Below are positions 1-9,363 of a stretch of 32,000 nt of DNA, piece after piece. This DNA is from Akkermansia muciniphila ATCC BAA-835. GTDB taxonomy: Bacteria > Verrucomicrobiota > Verrucomicrobiia > Verrucomicrobiales > Akkermansiaceae. Each line of letters starts with the position of its first letter. Position 1 is the stretch's first letter. The notes beneath the pieces were generated by a model. That model ran no database searches. It saw only the letters and a list, made by a program, of their open reading frames with translations, and was not told the DNA's origin. The translations under genes and the position numbers were made by a program. The stretch is from positions 2,610,001-2,642,000 of the forward strand of contig NC_010655.1 of NCBI RefSeq assembly GCF_000020225.1, read 5' to 3'.

Positions 1-990
1 CACATGGGCCAGATACGGCAGAAGGCACGGGGCAAAACGTTTCAGGGCAAAATAAAACAGGACGATGGCCGCAAACACCAGCAACGGCGTGAAGAAGGCG
101 AACAGGCTGGATTTCATGGCGGGAGGCAGGAAACCGTAAATGGGCCAGTGCAGCATGAACGTCAGAAAGCAGGCGGGAGCCAGCAAAGCTATTTTCGCAG
201 ACAGGCCGGGCAGGTGCTTTTCCATCCAGATGCCTGCGTACATGATCATCATGACACCCAGAAGCATGCCAATGGCCGTCTCTTTCCACAGGGGGATCAC
301 TCCGGCGGAATACAGCGCTATCAGTACAACGGGCATAAAAATGCTTACCCAGAAAAAAATGCCGAATTTTTTATTCATCAACAGATGAATGTCGTCAATC
401 CGCCGGGAACTGAGCGCAACGCCCAGCAGGTAAAAAGCACAGGTTCCAATGGAAATCGTCTCCGTGTGGTCCGGGGCCGTGTTGAAGAAACAGAAAAAGA
501 GGAGCACCGCAGGAAACAGCAGGATTTTGACGCGGACCAGAAGAGGCGTCAGCAACGTGAGAATGATAATGTCCCTCAGGAACCAGGAAGGGCCGATGGG
601 GGGAACGGCATGGGAGTCATCTGCGGAGAAAAGGTTCATGCCCGGAAGAAAGACGTCCCGGATACCAATTAAATTCTCAAGGCGGAAGGAAGCGCCGTCA
701 TGAGGCAGGACAAGGAACACGTACAGTACATTCCAGAACATGAACGGAATAAACAGCCAGAAAGCCCGGTTAAAAGCCTTGTTCCAGGTGATGTTCCTGC
801 CCAGGAAGTACCCTGCCAGCACCAGGAAAAACGGAACCCTCCCCAGGTAAAAGAGATGGAGGCTCACCGCCTGGAGAAAGGGGGAGGACAGGTGGACGTA
901 CATGATCAGAAGGGCTGCAATAACCCTTGATACGTCAATCCATAAGACACGTTTTGATGGGGGGGGGGGGGGGGGGGGTAAGCGTGTCAA
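1..990 (-). CDS. Acyltransferase family 3 (OafA/NolL-like O-acyltransferase) integral membrane protein. Partial: the C-terminus runs off the left edge.
   Basis: The minus-strand frame has no stop from 1233 down to 1. It is missing from the ORF track because its stop lies off-window. My translation reads ...LPPPPPPPSKRVLWIDVSRVIAALLIMYVHLSSPFLQAVSLHLFYLGRVPFFLVLAGYFLGRNITWNKAF... and is multi-TM throughout. WxDxxR followed by RVPFFxxxxGYF is the typical acyltransferase_3 N-terminal pattern. The start is uncertain: TTG 990 or ATG 1104, both upstream of the C20 tract. ATG 903 would remove the first conserved helix. Confidence 0.7.
   Translation of the reverse strand, partial: MTRLPPPPPPPSKRVLWIDVSRVIAALLIMYVHLSSPFLQAVSLHLFYLGRVPFFLVLAGYFLGRNITWNKAFNRAFWLFIPFMFWNVLYVFLVLPHDGASFRLENLIGIRDVFLPGMNLFSADDSHAVPPIGPSWFLRDIIILTLLTPLLVRVKILLFPAVLLFFCFFNTAPDHTETISIGTCAFYLLGVALSSRRIDDIHLLMNKKFGIFFWVSIFMPVVLIALYSAGVIPLWKETAIGMLLGVMMIMYAGIWMEKHLPGLSAKIALLAPACFLTFMLHWPIYGFLPPAMKSSLFAFFTPLLVFAAIVLFYFALKRFAPCLLPYLAHV
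959..978. repeat. Homopolymeric G20 tract (C20 on the coding strand of the acyltransferase)
   Basis: Counted directly: gg at 959-960 plus 18 g at 961-978. It is read as seven consecutive Pro codons in the minus-strand frame. Confidence 0.95.
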
Positions 991-1158
991 GAATCGGAGG
1001 CTGGTTTTGGGAGTTATACACTTAAGCGGGGAAAAAGTAATGCAGGCGGGTGTCAAAGTCAAGTATCCGGAACCTTTTCGGGCATGGGCTCCGCATGGGG
1101 GCATCCCTGATTTTTTTGCTCGAACCGGATTCGGAGCTTCGCTATATTGGCTCCCGTT

Positions 1159-2805
1159 ATGGCAACACCGGATTTTCATTATCAGGATCCTTTTCCCATG
1201 GAAAAGGACGACACCCAATACCGTCTCATCACGTCAGACTATGTGAGCGTAGGCGACTTTGAAGGACACCCCATGCTGAAAGTGGAACCGGAGGGACTGC
1301 GCCTGCTGGCAGCGGAAGCCTTCCATGACGTGGCCTTTTTCCTGCGCCCCGCCCACCTGAAGCAGGTGGCCGCCATTCTGGACGATCCGGAAGCCAGCGA
1401 CAATGATAAAAGCGTGGCCCTGACGATGCTCCGCAACGCGGAAGTGGCGTCCGCCGGCATCCTGCCCTTCTGCCAGGACACAGGAACCGCCACCATCGTA
1501 GGCAAAAAGGGCCAGCAGGTATGGACCGGCTGTGACGACTGCGAACAGCTTTCCCACGGCGTTTACGACGCCTATACCCAGAACAACCTGCGCTATTCCC
1601 AGACGGTGGCGCTGGATATGTACACGGAGAAAAACACCGGCACCAACCTTCCCGCCCAAATTGACCTGGAAGCGGTGGAGGGCATGAAATACTCCTTCCT
1701 GTTCGTCGCCAAGGGCGGCGGCTCCGCCAACAAAACTTACCTTTACCAGGAAACGAAGGCCCTGCTCAACCCGGCCACGCTGAAAAAGTTCCTGGTGGAA
1801 AAGATGAGTACTCTGGGCACGGCGGCCTGCCCTCCCTATCACATCGCTTTCGTCATTGGCGGAACCTCTGCGGAAAAATGCCTGAAGACCGTGAAGATGG
1901 CTTCCACGAAGTACTACGACAATCTGCCGACTACGGGGAACGAACACGGCCGTGCCTTCCGTGACCTGGAACTGGAAAAGGAACTGCATGAAGAAGCGTG
2001 CAAACTGGGCCTGGGCGCCCAGTTCGGCGGCAAGTGGTACGCTCTGGACGTGCGAGTTATCCGGCTGCCCCGCCACGGCGCCTCCTGCCCGGTTGGCCTG
2101 GGAGTCTCCTGCTCTGCGGACCGCAACGCGAAAGCCAAGATCACGCCGGAGGGCATCTTTATTGAACAGCTGGAAACCAACCCCGGCCAGTATATTCCGG
2201 AAGCCCTGCGCATGACCTCCAGCGAAGCTGTCTCCATTGACCTGAACCGCCCGATGAAGGAAGTTCTGAAAGAACTGGGCAAGTACCCCGTCACCACGCG
2301 CCTGAGCCTGAACGGCACCATCATTGTGGCGCGCGACATCGCCCACGCCAAGCTGAAGGAACGCCTGGAAAAGGGCGAAGGGCTGCCTCAGTATATGAAG
2401 GATCACCCCGTGTACTACGCCGGCCCGGCCAAAACTCCTGAAGGCTACCCCTCCGGTTCCTTCGGCCCCACGACCGCAGGCCGCATGGATTCCTACGTAG
2501 ACCTGTTCCAGGAAAACGGAGGCTCCATGATCATGATTGCCAAGGGCAACCGCAGCCAGCAGGTAACGGATGCCTGCCGGAAGCACGGCGGCTTTTACCT
2601 GGGCTCCATCGGCGGCCCGGCCGCCATTCTGGCCAAGAACAACATCAAAAAAGTGGAACTGCTGGAATACCCGGAACTGGGCATGGAAGCCATCTGGAAA
2701 ATTGAAGTGGAAGATTTCCCCGCCTTCATTCTGGTAGATGACAAGGGCAACGATTTCTTCGCGAAAATCCGCGAAGGATGGGCCTGCGCCGGTTGCGGGC
2801 ATTAA
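1159..2805 (+). CDS. fumA: Class I (Fe-S, FumA/FumB-type) fumarate hydratase
   Basis: About 548 aa from ATG 1159. The N-terminus [25 protein letters not shown] resembles E. coli FumA. FCQDTGTA and GGGSANK motifs are present. The track start at 1147 is a TTG four codons upstream. Confidence 0.9.
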   Translation: MATPDFHYQDPFPMEKDDTQYRLITSDYVSVGDFEGHPMLKVEPEGLRLLAAEAFHDVAFFLRPAHLKQVAAILDDPEASDNDKSVALTMLRNAEVASAGILPFCQDTGTATIVGKKGQQVWTGCDDCEQLSHGVYDAYTQNNLRYSQTVALDMYTEKNTGTNLPAQIDLEAVEGMKYSFLFVAKGGGSANKTYLYQETKALLNPATLKKFLVEKMSTLGTAACPPYHIAFVIGGTSAEKCLKTVKMASTKYYDNLPTTGNEHGRAFRDLELEKELHEEACKLGLGAQFGGKWYALDVRVIRLPRHGASCPVGLGVSCSADRNAKAKITPEGIFIEQLETNPGQYIPEALRMTSSEAVSIDLNRPMKEVLKELGKYPVTTRLSLNGTIIVARDIAHAKLKERLEKGEGLPQYMKDHPVYYAGPAKTPEGYPSGSFGPTTAGRMDSYVDLFQENGGSMIMIAKGNRSQQVTDACRKHGGFYLGSIGGPAAILAKNNIKKVELLEYPELGMEAIWKIEVEDFPAFILVDDKGNDFFAKIREGWACAGCGH

Positions 2806-2833
2806 GCCTGAACCGGGAAAAAGATGATTCACT

Positions 2834-2863
2834 GCCGGAGCCTTTCGGGGCTCCGGCTTTTTT
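2834..2863 (+). terminator. Rho-independent terminator after the fumarase gene
   Basis: gccggagcc / ggctccggc 9-bp stem with a short loop, followed by tttttt (2858-2863). Confidence 0.7.
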
Positions 2864-2941
2864 ATGCCCCGGGTTCAGCCCTCCCAGTACAGACGGAACG
2901 AATATCCGGGAGGAAACTTCCGGAATGCCTCGTGCGCCCCT

Positions 2942-3478
2942 TCACGCAAACAGGTAATAAACCAGCATCAGCGCCAGATTGGCGCCGGCAGCCAGCATCA
3001 CCCCGCCCGGCTTCAAATACGGCGCCTTTCCAAGAAAGACCGCCAGTACCGCAAAGACGGAGTACAGGGATATCCACATCAGAAAAAATGCTGTCAGGTT
3101 CCGCCCGTTCCCCTGCCCGTCCAGGGGCATGTTCCCTCCGGGGAAAAGGAACGGCAACGCCGGAAACACGGCGTAAATGACATATACCCAGTTCTTCACT
3201 ATCATCCTGAAAGAAACCGTCAGCGGTTCCCTGCCAAACAGGATATTACGGGAGCAGGCGTTCCGCGTCTTTTCCTTCCGCAGAGCGCAGGGCAAATAGA
3301 AGGGAAGAAGCATCAGCGCCAGGACGGGGCCTGCATATAAAATAGCGGCCATTCCCGCTACGAAAGCGAAGAAAGCGACAATAAGGACAGGCACGCCTGC
3401 CATGAGCAGGAAAAGAAAGGCTGTCCTGCGCTCCGCCTTCTCCCCCATTTTCAGGAAAGACCATGAAAGATAAGCCAT
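2942..3478 (-). CDS. Hypothetical multi-pass membrane protein
   Basis: 178-aa ORF with several long hydrophobic segments (FLFLLMAGVPVLIVAFFAFVAGMAAILYAGPVLALMLL...). It is divergent from queD. No family recognised. Confidence 0.5.
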   Translation of the reverse strand: MAYLSWSFLKMGEKAERRTAFLFLLMAGVPVLIVAFFAFVAGMAAILYAGPVLALMLLPFYLPCALRKEKTRNACSRNILFGREPLTVSFRMIVKNWVYVIYAVFPALPFLFPGGNMPLDGQGNGRNLTAFFLMWISLYSVFAVLAVFLGKAPYLKPGGVMLAAGANLALMLVYYLFA

Positions 3479-3653
3479 AGGGTAAAAATATGGTTTTTTA
3501 AAGTTTGCCAGAAACAGGGGTCGTGCGCAAGGGAAAGCCGCCCACGGAGCATCCGGAGCAGCGAAGCCCCGTCCCTCCGCACGCGGCAGGATAGGAACCA
3601 GACAGACTCTGATTGGGATTGCCCCGCACCCGCGCCCACGTTATCCTGTCCTC

Positions 3654-4106
3654 ATGGTCTACCGAATTTGCAAATCCATCGAACTGGAAAACGGGCATCT
3701 CCTGTCCAAACATCCCGGCAATTGCAAATTCCCGCATGGCCATACGCGCTCCGTGGAAATGGTGTTCCGGGCGGAAACGCTGGATGCCAATGACATGGTG
3801 TTGGATTTCAAGGCCGTCAAGCAAATGATGGGGGATTTCCTCCAGCAGTTTGACCACTCCCTGTGCGTGAATACGGAGGACCCCAATTACGCTGCCTTCG
3901 TGGCCGCATACGGGGAGCGCATCATTCCCTTCGACCGGGAAGACCCCACCAGCGAGGTGATGGCACGCGTCATTTTCAATGTTGCCCGGCACGCGCTGGA
4001 AAAAGCCAGGGAGAACCCCGGCGAATATCCCGTGCGGGCCTGTGTTGAGCTGGAACGCGTGCGCGTGTGGGAAACCAGCAGCTCCTGGGCGGAATATGGG
4101 GAATAA
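3654..4106 (+). CDS. queD: 6-carboxy-5,6,7,8-tetrahydropterin synthase (QueD / PTPS family)
   Basis: 150 aa. It carries the CxxxHGH zinc/catalytic motif (CKFPHGHT) and the typical MVxDF segment (MVLDFKAVKQ). Confidence 0.85.
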   Translation: MVYRICKSIELENGHLLSKHPGNCKFPHGHTRSVEMVFRAETLDANDMVLDFKAVKQMMGDFLQQFDHSLCVNTEDPNYAAFVAAYGERIIPFDREDPTSEVMARVIFNVARHALEKARENPGEYPVRACVELERVRVWETSSSWAEYGE

Positions 4107-4203
4107 CTGAAACAGCGCGCTTCCCGCCGGGAGGAACGCTCTGCAAAGATTCCCGGCCCCGCGGAAGGCACGGCCGCAATGCAGCCACCCCGGTGTTCAT
4201 CCC

Positions 4204-4962
4204 TTAAAAGGGATTCAGGCATATCATGCGCTTCTGCGTCCAGTGCCCGTAGGTGGAAGAATACACATCCGTAATTTCCCGGGCCCATTCGTCAATAGTG
4301 CGCTGATGATGGGCGTATTTTTTAAAATCTTTGGTGTCCACGCCCAGCAGGGAGCTGTGGTCTTCCTCATAATCCGCAAATTCGGAGACGATGCGGCCGG
4401 ACTCATCCCTCAGGCGTCCCGCCATGGCAATGTGCCCTTTCTTGATGAACCGCTTAACCAGCCCTCCCCCCTTGATGCCGCTCAGCGCCGTGACAAAGAT
4501 GCCGGCCCTGGCATTTGTGGGAGTGATGGAAATGATGGCGAGTTCCAGCGTATAAGCCCCCTTGGTTCCCGGAGGCACCATTTCAAAATGCGGATTTTCG
4601 GCAACCTCCTTTTCCATGCTGGTTGCAACGCTCTTCTGGAAGTATTCCGCCAGGCTGCGCAGGGCATCAAACCCTTCCGCAGTATCCGGCCTCACATCCA
4701 TGTGCACTGTATCCACCGGAACGACGGCCATCAGGACTTTTTTCCCATTCACGCCGTTCACCCGGTCATTCCAGATTTTTTTATCATCGGCATTCCAGTA
4801 CGCGTCAAAGGGAATATGGGAATCCTTATTTTTTACCTGATGAGTGATAAATCCTGTTTGGGGAACATGTTTGAAATTATTGGAACAAGACACTACCGCC
4901 ATGCAGCCAAGCAGCACAAGGGCCATCAGGGAAGCCGGGAATAAAAAACGGTGTTTCTTCAT
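4204..4962 (-). CDS. Putative lipoprotein of unknown function
   Basis: 252 aa. The N-terminus MKKHRFLFPASLMALVLLGCMAVVSCS carries a lipobox-like LLGC/VVSC. Confidence 0.65.
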   Translation of the reverse strand: MKKHRFLFPASLMALVLLGCMAVVSCSNNFKHVPQTGFITHQVKNKDSHIPFDAYWNADDKKIWNDRVNGVNGKKVLMAVVPVDTVHMDVRPDTAEGFDALRSLAEYFQKSVATSMEKEVAENPHFEMVPPGTKGAYTLELAIISITPTNARAGIFVTALSGIKGGGLVKRFIKKGHIAMAGRLRDESGRIVSEFADYEEDHSSLLGVDTKDFKKYAHHQRTIDEWAREITDVYSSTYGHWTQKRMICLNPF

Positions 4963-5082
4963 ATCAAGTAACAGGCAGAATCGTTTTTATCATGGCCCGG
5001 CACCAGCTGTCAATAAAACCTGCGGGTGAAAATCCCGGGCTGGGGCTCTCCTGCCGGGCAGAAAGAGCCAAGGCGGGAATTC

Positions 5083-6732
5083 CTAGTCTTCTTCATCCAT
5101 GGGGCGGTATTTCACGGCCAGTTTTTCCAGGATTTTCAGGGCCCTGGAGGCACGGCTGCGGAAGGATTTGTAGTCCCGGGGGTCGCAGTCGCTCCAGGCG
5201 CGTTCGGACAGGGCCAGGGCGCGCGGCCATGCCATGTATTCCACCAGCCCCATATTGTACAGGTATTCCGTCCAGATGTTAGCCTGAAGGCCGCGCACCC
5301 TGGCGGCTTCCTCCGGGGAGAGTTCCGGCAATTCATAGCCGTACACCTGCTTGAGCGGAATAAGGCCCCCGACGGCTTTCGGCTCCGTGGATGCGGCAGA
5401 CTGGTAATAGTCAAAATAGAAGTGGGAACACGGCGCCAGAATGACGGGATGCCCTTTCCTGGCTGCCGCCGCAGCAAAGCCGTTGCCGCGCCACGCCATA
5501 ACGAGGATGTGTTTGTCCGCCTCCAGTTCCCCGGCTTCATCCCAGACGATGGCGTCATAACCGTCCTTCCGCACGTAGTCCGCAATCTGCTGCAGGAAAT
5601 CCCGGCCCAGGGCCTTGAGATCCTTCTCCCTCAGGTTCTTTAAACGGTTCTGGCAATACCGGCATTTTTTCCATGCCTCGGCAGACACCTCGTCATGGCC
5701 CAAATGGATAGGGGAGCCGGGCGGAAAAACGGCCTTGAGTTCATCCACTACGTCTTTCACGAAGCGGAGCGTTTCCGGGCGCCCCATGCAGACGGCATCC
5801 CGTCCTTTTTTCCCCTCCACGGGAAAATCCACACCGTCGCAAATCAAATCCCCGTAGGCATGCATGGCCGCATAGGAATGGCCGGGAAGGTCTATTTCCG
5901 GAACAACGGTAACCTGGCGGCTGCGCGCATAGTCAATAATCTCCTTCATCTGCTCCTGGGTGTAAAAACCGCCATAGGTAGCTTCCGGGTCATGCTCCTG
6001 GATGGCGAGTTTCACTTCCTGCCAGTTCCATTCTCCGTCAGCGAGCGGAACGCGCCAGGCGCTCATGGAGGTAAGCAATGGATATTTTTTAATTTCCAGG
6101 CGCCAGCCGGGACCGTCCGTCAGGTGCAGGTGGAGGCGGTTAAGCTTGAACAGGGACATGGTGTCAACCATGCGCTTGACTTCCGCCATGGTAAAGAAGT
6201 GGCGGGAAACATCCAGCATCAGGCCCCGCCATTCAAAGCGGGGATCATCCCGGAGGGAAAAAACGGGTACGGAAAACCCCTCCCCGGTCCGGTTGGCGCT
6301 TAAAATCTGGACCATGCTCTGCCACGCGTAGAAAAGGCCCTGGGGCGCCGCCGCTTTCAGATGCAGGATGCCCCTCCCTTCCACGTCACGCTTCAGGCGG
6401 GCCTCATATCCTTCGCCTGTCCCCGAGGGGGTTCCCTCAACCGAACAGACGGCATCCGCAGAGGCTTTGTCACGGGTTATGGAGAGGCCGGACAAAACGC
6501 CCTGGGCATTGAGCACATTCAGGAGAGCTTCCACTACAGGAACATCCTTTTCCGGCGCATAGACCGCCAGCCGCAACGGGAGATGCGCCACGGCGGCCCG
6601 GTCAGACCTGCATGCGGAAGGCGCGGGGAGCAGCACCTCCTCGGCCGGCAGCATTTCCGCCATGCCGGCGCCCGGTAATCCGGACAGGGCCAGCCATGCT
6701 GCCAGACGGAAACAACACCCCTTATTCATCAT
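5083..6732 (-). CDS. GH20 beta-N-acetylhexosaminidase, secreted
   Basis: GH20 hallmarks are HLHLTDGPGWRLEIKKYP, IDLPGHSYA and the HLGHDEV catalytic region. I prefer start MMNKGCCFRLAAWLALSGLPGAGMA (ATG 6732). This gives a signal peptide and removes the overlap with ffh implied by the track start at 6864. Confidence 0.9.
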   Translation of the reverse strand: MMNKGCCFRLAAWLALSGLPGAGMAEMLPAEEVLLPAPSACRSDRAAVAHLPLRLAVYAPEKDVPVVEALLNVLNAQGVLSGLSITRDKASADAVCSVEGTPSGTGEGYEARLKRDVEGRGILHLKAAAPQGLFYAWQSMVQILSANRTGEGFSVPVFSLRDDPRFEWRGLMLDVSRHFFTMAEVKRMVDTMSLFKLNRLHLHLTDGPGWRLEIKKYPLLTSMSAWRVPLADGEWNWQEVKLAIQEHDPEATYGGFYTQEQMKEIIDYARSRQVTVVPEIDLPGHSYAAMHAYGDLICDGVDFPVEGKKGRDAVCMGRPETLRFVKDVVDELKAVFPPGSPIHLGHDEVSAEAWKKCRYCQNRLKNLREKDLKALGRDFLQQIADYVRKDGYDAIVWDEAGELEADKHILVMAWRGNGFAAAAARKGHPVILAPCSHFYFDYYQSAASTEPKAVGGLIPLKQVYGYELPELSPEEAARVRGLQANIWTEYLYNMGLVEYMAWPRALALSERAWSDCDPRDYKSFRSRASRALKILEKLAVKYRPMDEED

Positions 6733-6860
6733 CCCGGAAGTACGGCCCACCCTGGTCTCTTCTTTCAATGGAAGGAGCTTTCCCTCAGACCCCTGTGTCC
6801 CGGAAGGCAAAGGCGCGGCCATATTCAGCCGCGCCTGCCGGATTCCGTCCTTTTTTACAT

Positions 6861-8300
6861 TCACCTGCGTCCGCCAAAAAGGCCACCAAGGCCGCCCCCC
6901 AATCCACCCAGGCCCTTCAGGCCGCCCAACCCTCCGCCCATGCCGGGAAGGCCGGGCATCTTGCCCCCCTTCCCTTTCATGGAAGCCATCTGCTTCATCA
7001 TGGCGCCCATTTTGCCCTTGCCGGACATCATCTTGCGCATTTCGGAAAAATTCTTGATCAGCTTGTTCACCTCCATCAGAGGACGGCCGCAGCCCGCGGC
7101 AATACGGCGGCGGCGGGACGGATTCAACAGGTTGGGATTGCTCCTTTCCTTTGCCGTCATGGAGAGCACAATGGCTTCCATGTGCTTCATCCGCTTGGGG
7201 TCCAGGGCGCCTTCCGGAAGCTGTTTTTTGATTTTGCCGAAGCCGGGGAGCAGGCCCAGCAGTCCTTCCAGCGGTCCCAGGTTCTGCATCATCTTCATCT
7301 GGTCCAGAAAGTCGTTGAAATCAAATTGGCCGGACATCATGCGGTCCATGGATTTGGCAGCCTGCTCTTCGTCAATGCGGGCGGCGGCATGCTCCACCAG
7401 CCCGACAATGTCGCCCATGCCCAGAATGCGATCCGCCATGCGGCCGGGGACGAAGGGGCCGAACTGATCCAGCTTTTCCCCCTCACCGGAAAATTTGATG
7501 GGCTTGCCCGTTACGGAACGCATGGAAAGAGCCGCGCCCCCGCGGGCATCGCCGTCCAGCTTGGTCAGGACGATGCCCGTCACGTTCACGGCACGGTCAA
7601 AGGTCTGGGCCACATTCACGGCCTGCTGTCCCGTGGCGGCATCCGCCACCAGGAGCGTTTCCCTCGGCGAAAGGAAGGCGTGCAGCTGGCGCAGCTCGTC
7701 TATCAGGGCTTCATCCACTTCCTGACGGCCCGCCGTGTCAAAAATCATGACGGTTCCGTTCTGGGTCCGGGCCCATTCCAGAGCCTCGCGCGCCACGGCC
7801 ACCACGTCCCTGCTGCCTGGTGCGGGCTTATAAACGGGCACTCCTATTTGTTCCGCCAGCGTCGCCAGCTGGTCCACGGCGGCGGGACGCACCAGGTCGC
7901 AGGCCACCAGCAGGGGGCGGCGCCCCTCGTTCTTCAGGCGGAGGGCCAGCTTCGCGCTGGTCGTGGTCTTGCCGGCGCCGTTCAGCCCCACCACCATGAT
8001 TCTGGCAGGGTCCGTCAGATCCAGCCCCACGGCGTCCCCGCCCAGCAGGGCGGCGATTTCATCACGGAAAATTTTGACGATTTGCTCTCCGGGCTTGATG
8101 GATTTGAGCACTTCCTGCCCCATCGCCCGTTCCTTCACGCGGCCGATGAATTCCCGGGCCACGCCAAACTCCACGTCCGCCTCCAGCAAAGCCAGCCGGA
8201 TGTCGCGCAGGGCGTCTGCAATATTTTTCTCGGAAATTTTGCCCAGGCCGCGCAGCCTCCGGAACGTGTTATCCAGTTTATCTGCTAAAAGTGAAAACAT
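6861..8300 (-). CDS. ffh: Signal recognition particle protein Ffh
   Basis: Start MFSLLADKLDNTFRRLRG (ATG 8300). It has the GTPase motifs GLNGAGKTTT, DTAGR and TKLDGD, a Met-rich M domain, and a Gly/Leu-rich tail. Confidence 0.95.
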   Translation of the reverse strand: MFSLLADKLDNTFRRLRGLGKISEKNIADALRDIRLALLEADVEFGVAREFIGRVKERAMGQEVLKSIKPGEQIVKIFRDEIAALLGGDAVGLDLTDPARIMVVGLNGAGKTTTSAKLALRLKNEGRRPLLVACDLVRPAAVDQLATLAEQIGVPVYKPAPGSRDVVAVAREALEWARTQNGTVMIFDTAGRQEVDEALIDELRQLHAFLSPRETLLVADAATGQQAVNVAQTFDRAVNVTGIVLTKLDGDARGGAALSMRSVTGKPIKFSGEGEKLDQFGPFVPGRMADRILGMGDIVGLVEHAAARIDEEQAAKSMDRMMSGQFDFNDFLDQMKMMQNLGPLEGLLGLLPGFGKIKKQLPEGALDPKRMKHMEAIVLSMTAKERSNPNLLNPSRRRRIAAGCGRPLMEVNKLIKNFSEMRKMMSGKGKMGAMMKQMASMKGKGGKMPGLPGMGGGLGGLKGLGGLGGGLGGLFGGRR

Positions 8301-8411
8301 AATCGTATGATGCGCCAGACTGTGCCACATTTCCCCCTTCCCGTCAACAAGCTCGCCCTGCATGGGACATGATGCTTGACTTGCCGGGGGCTTCGCCCCA
8401 TCTTTTCCCGC

Positions 8412-9347
8412 ATGGCACCCTTTGACCTGAAAGAGGAAATCTTACGCCTGAAAGAAAAACGCAACGCCATCATTCTGGCGCACAGCTACCAGACCGGGGA
8501 TATCCAGGACATGGCCGACTACGTGGGCGATTCCCTGGGGCTGGCCTACAAGGCGCAGAATACGGATTGCGACGTGATCGCCTTCTGCGGCGTCCATTTC
8601 ATGGCGGAAACCGCCAAAATTCTTAATCCGGACAAAACCGTCATCCTTCCGGATGCTGATGCCGGCTGTTCCCTGGAAGCCTCCTGCGATGCCGGGGAAC
8701 TGGAAGCCTTCTTAAAGGAAAACGCCCATAAGAATTACTATGTAGTGGCGTATGTGAACTGCTCCATCGGCGTCAAGGCTCTGGCGGACGTAATCGTCAC
8801 CTCCGGGAATGCCGTAAAAATCGTCTCCCAGGCTCCGGAGGACCGCCCCATCCTGTTCGTCCCGGACCAGAATCTGGGTGCATGGGTAAGCCGCCAGCTT
8901 GGCCGCCCCCTGGAACTGTGGAACGGGGCCTGCCACGTGCACATGGAGTTCACGCGGGACCAGATTCTTGCCCTGAAAGAAAAACACCCCGGTGTGCCGG
9001 TAGTGGCCCATCCGGAATGCACGGAAGCCGTGCGCCTGCTGGCGGACCATATCTGCTCCACGGAAAAAATGATCCCCTATTGCACGGAAAACCCCGCCAA
9101 ATCTTTCATCATTGTGACGGAATCCGGCATTCTGCACCGTCTCCGCAAGCTGGTGCCGGGAAAAGAATTCATTCCCGCGCCCACGGAGCAATGCTCCTGC
9201 AGCACCTGCCCGTACATGAAAATGAACACGCTGGAAAAACTGTACCTGGCCCTTCGGGACCTTTCTCCCGCCGTGGAACTGCCGAAAGACCTGCGCAGAA
9301 GGGCGGAAGCCCCGCTGCTGCGCATGCTGGAGCAATCCCAATCCTGA
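8412..9347 (+). CDS. nadA: Quinolinate synthase NadA
   Basis: MAPFDLKEEILRLKEKRNAIILAHSYQ..., FCGVHFMAET and VVAHPEC are typical NadA segments. I prefer ATG 8412 over the TTG at 8376. Confidence 0.92.
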   Translation: MAPFDLKEEILRLKEKRNAIILAHSYQTGDIQDMADYVGDSLGLAYKAQNTDCDVIAFCGVHFMAETAKILNPDKTVILPDADAGCSLEASCDAGELEAFLKENAHKNYYVVAYVNCSIGVKALADVIVTSGNAVKIVSQAPEDRPILFVPDQNLGAWVSRQLGRPLELWNGACHVHMEFTRDQILALKEKHPGVPVVAHPECTEAVRLLADHICSTEKMIPYCTENPAKSFIIVTESGILHRLRKLVPGKEFIPAPTEQCSCSTCPYMKMNTLEKLYLALRDLSPAVELPKDLRRRAEAPLLRMLEQSQS

Positions 9348-9363
9348 CCTCTGCCTTCCCCGC

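Noticed and set aside
4-1246. Plus-strand ORFs 4-672, 140-388, 449-703, 700-930 and 902-1246, the last reading the G-tract as poly-Gly.
   Set aside because: Their translations are highly charged and not protein-like. The opposite strand carries a continuous open frame with acyltransferase-3 features.
1234-2832. Long antisense ORFs mirroring real genes: 1234-2832(-), 6612-8288(+), 10879-11796(-), 11869-14934(-), 24775-26031(-), 27455-28780(+), 31184-31870(+), 9376-10125(-), 8712-9425(-), 5026-5643(+) and 5695-6303(+).
   Set aside because: Each lies opposite a gene with clear family motifs. Their translations are Arg/Gly/Ala/Pro-rich and low in complexity, as expected from stop-poor antisense frames in high-GC DNA.
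3479-3653. Possible preQ1 riboswitch upstream of queD.
   Set aside because: I could not find the preQ1-I/II consensus elements or a convincing pseudoknot. The region is a GC-rich divergent intergenic spacer.
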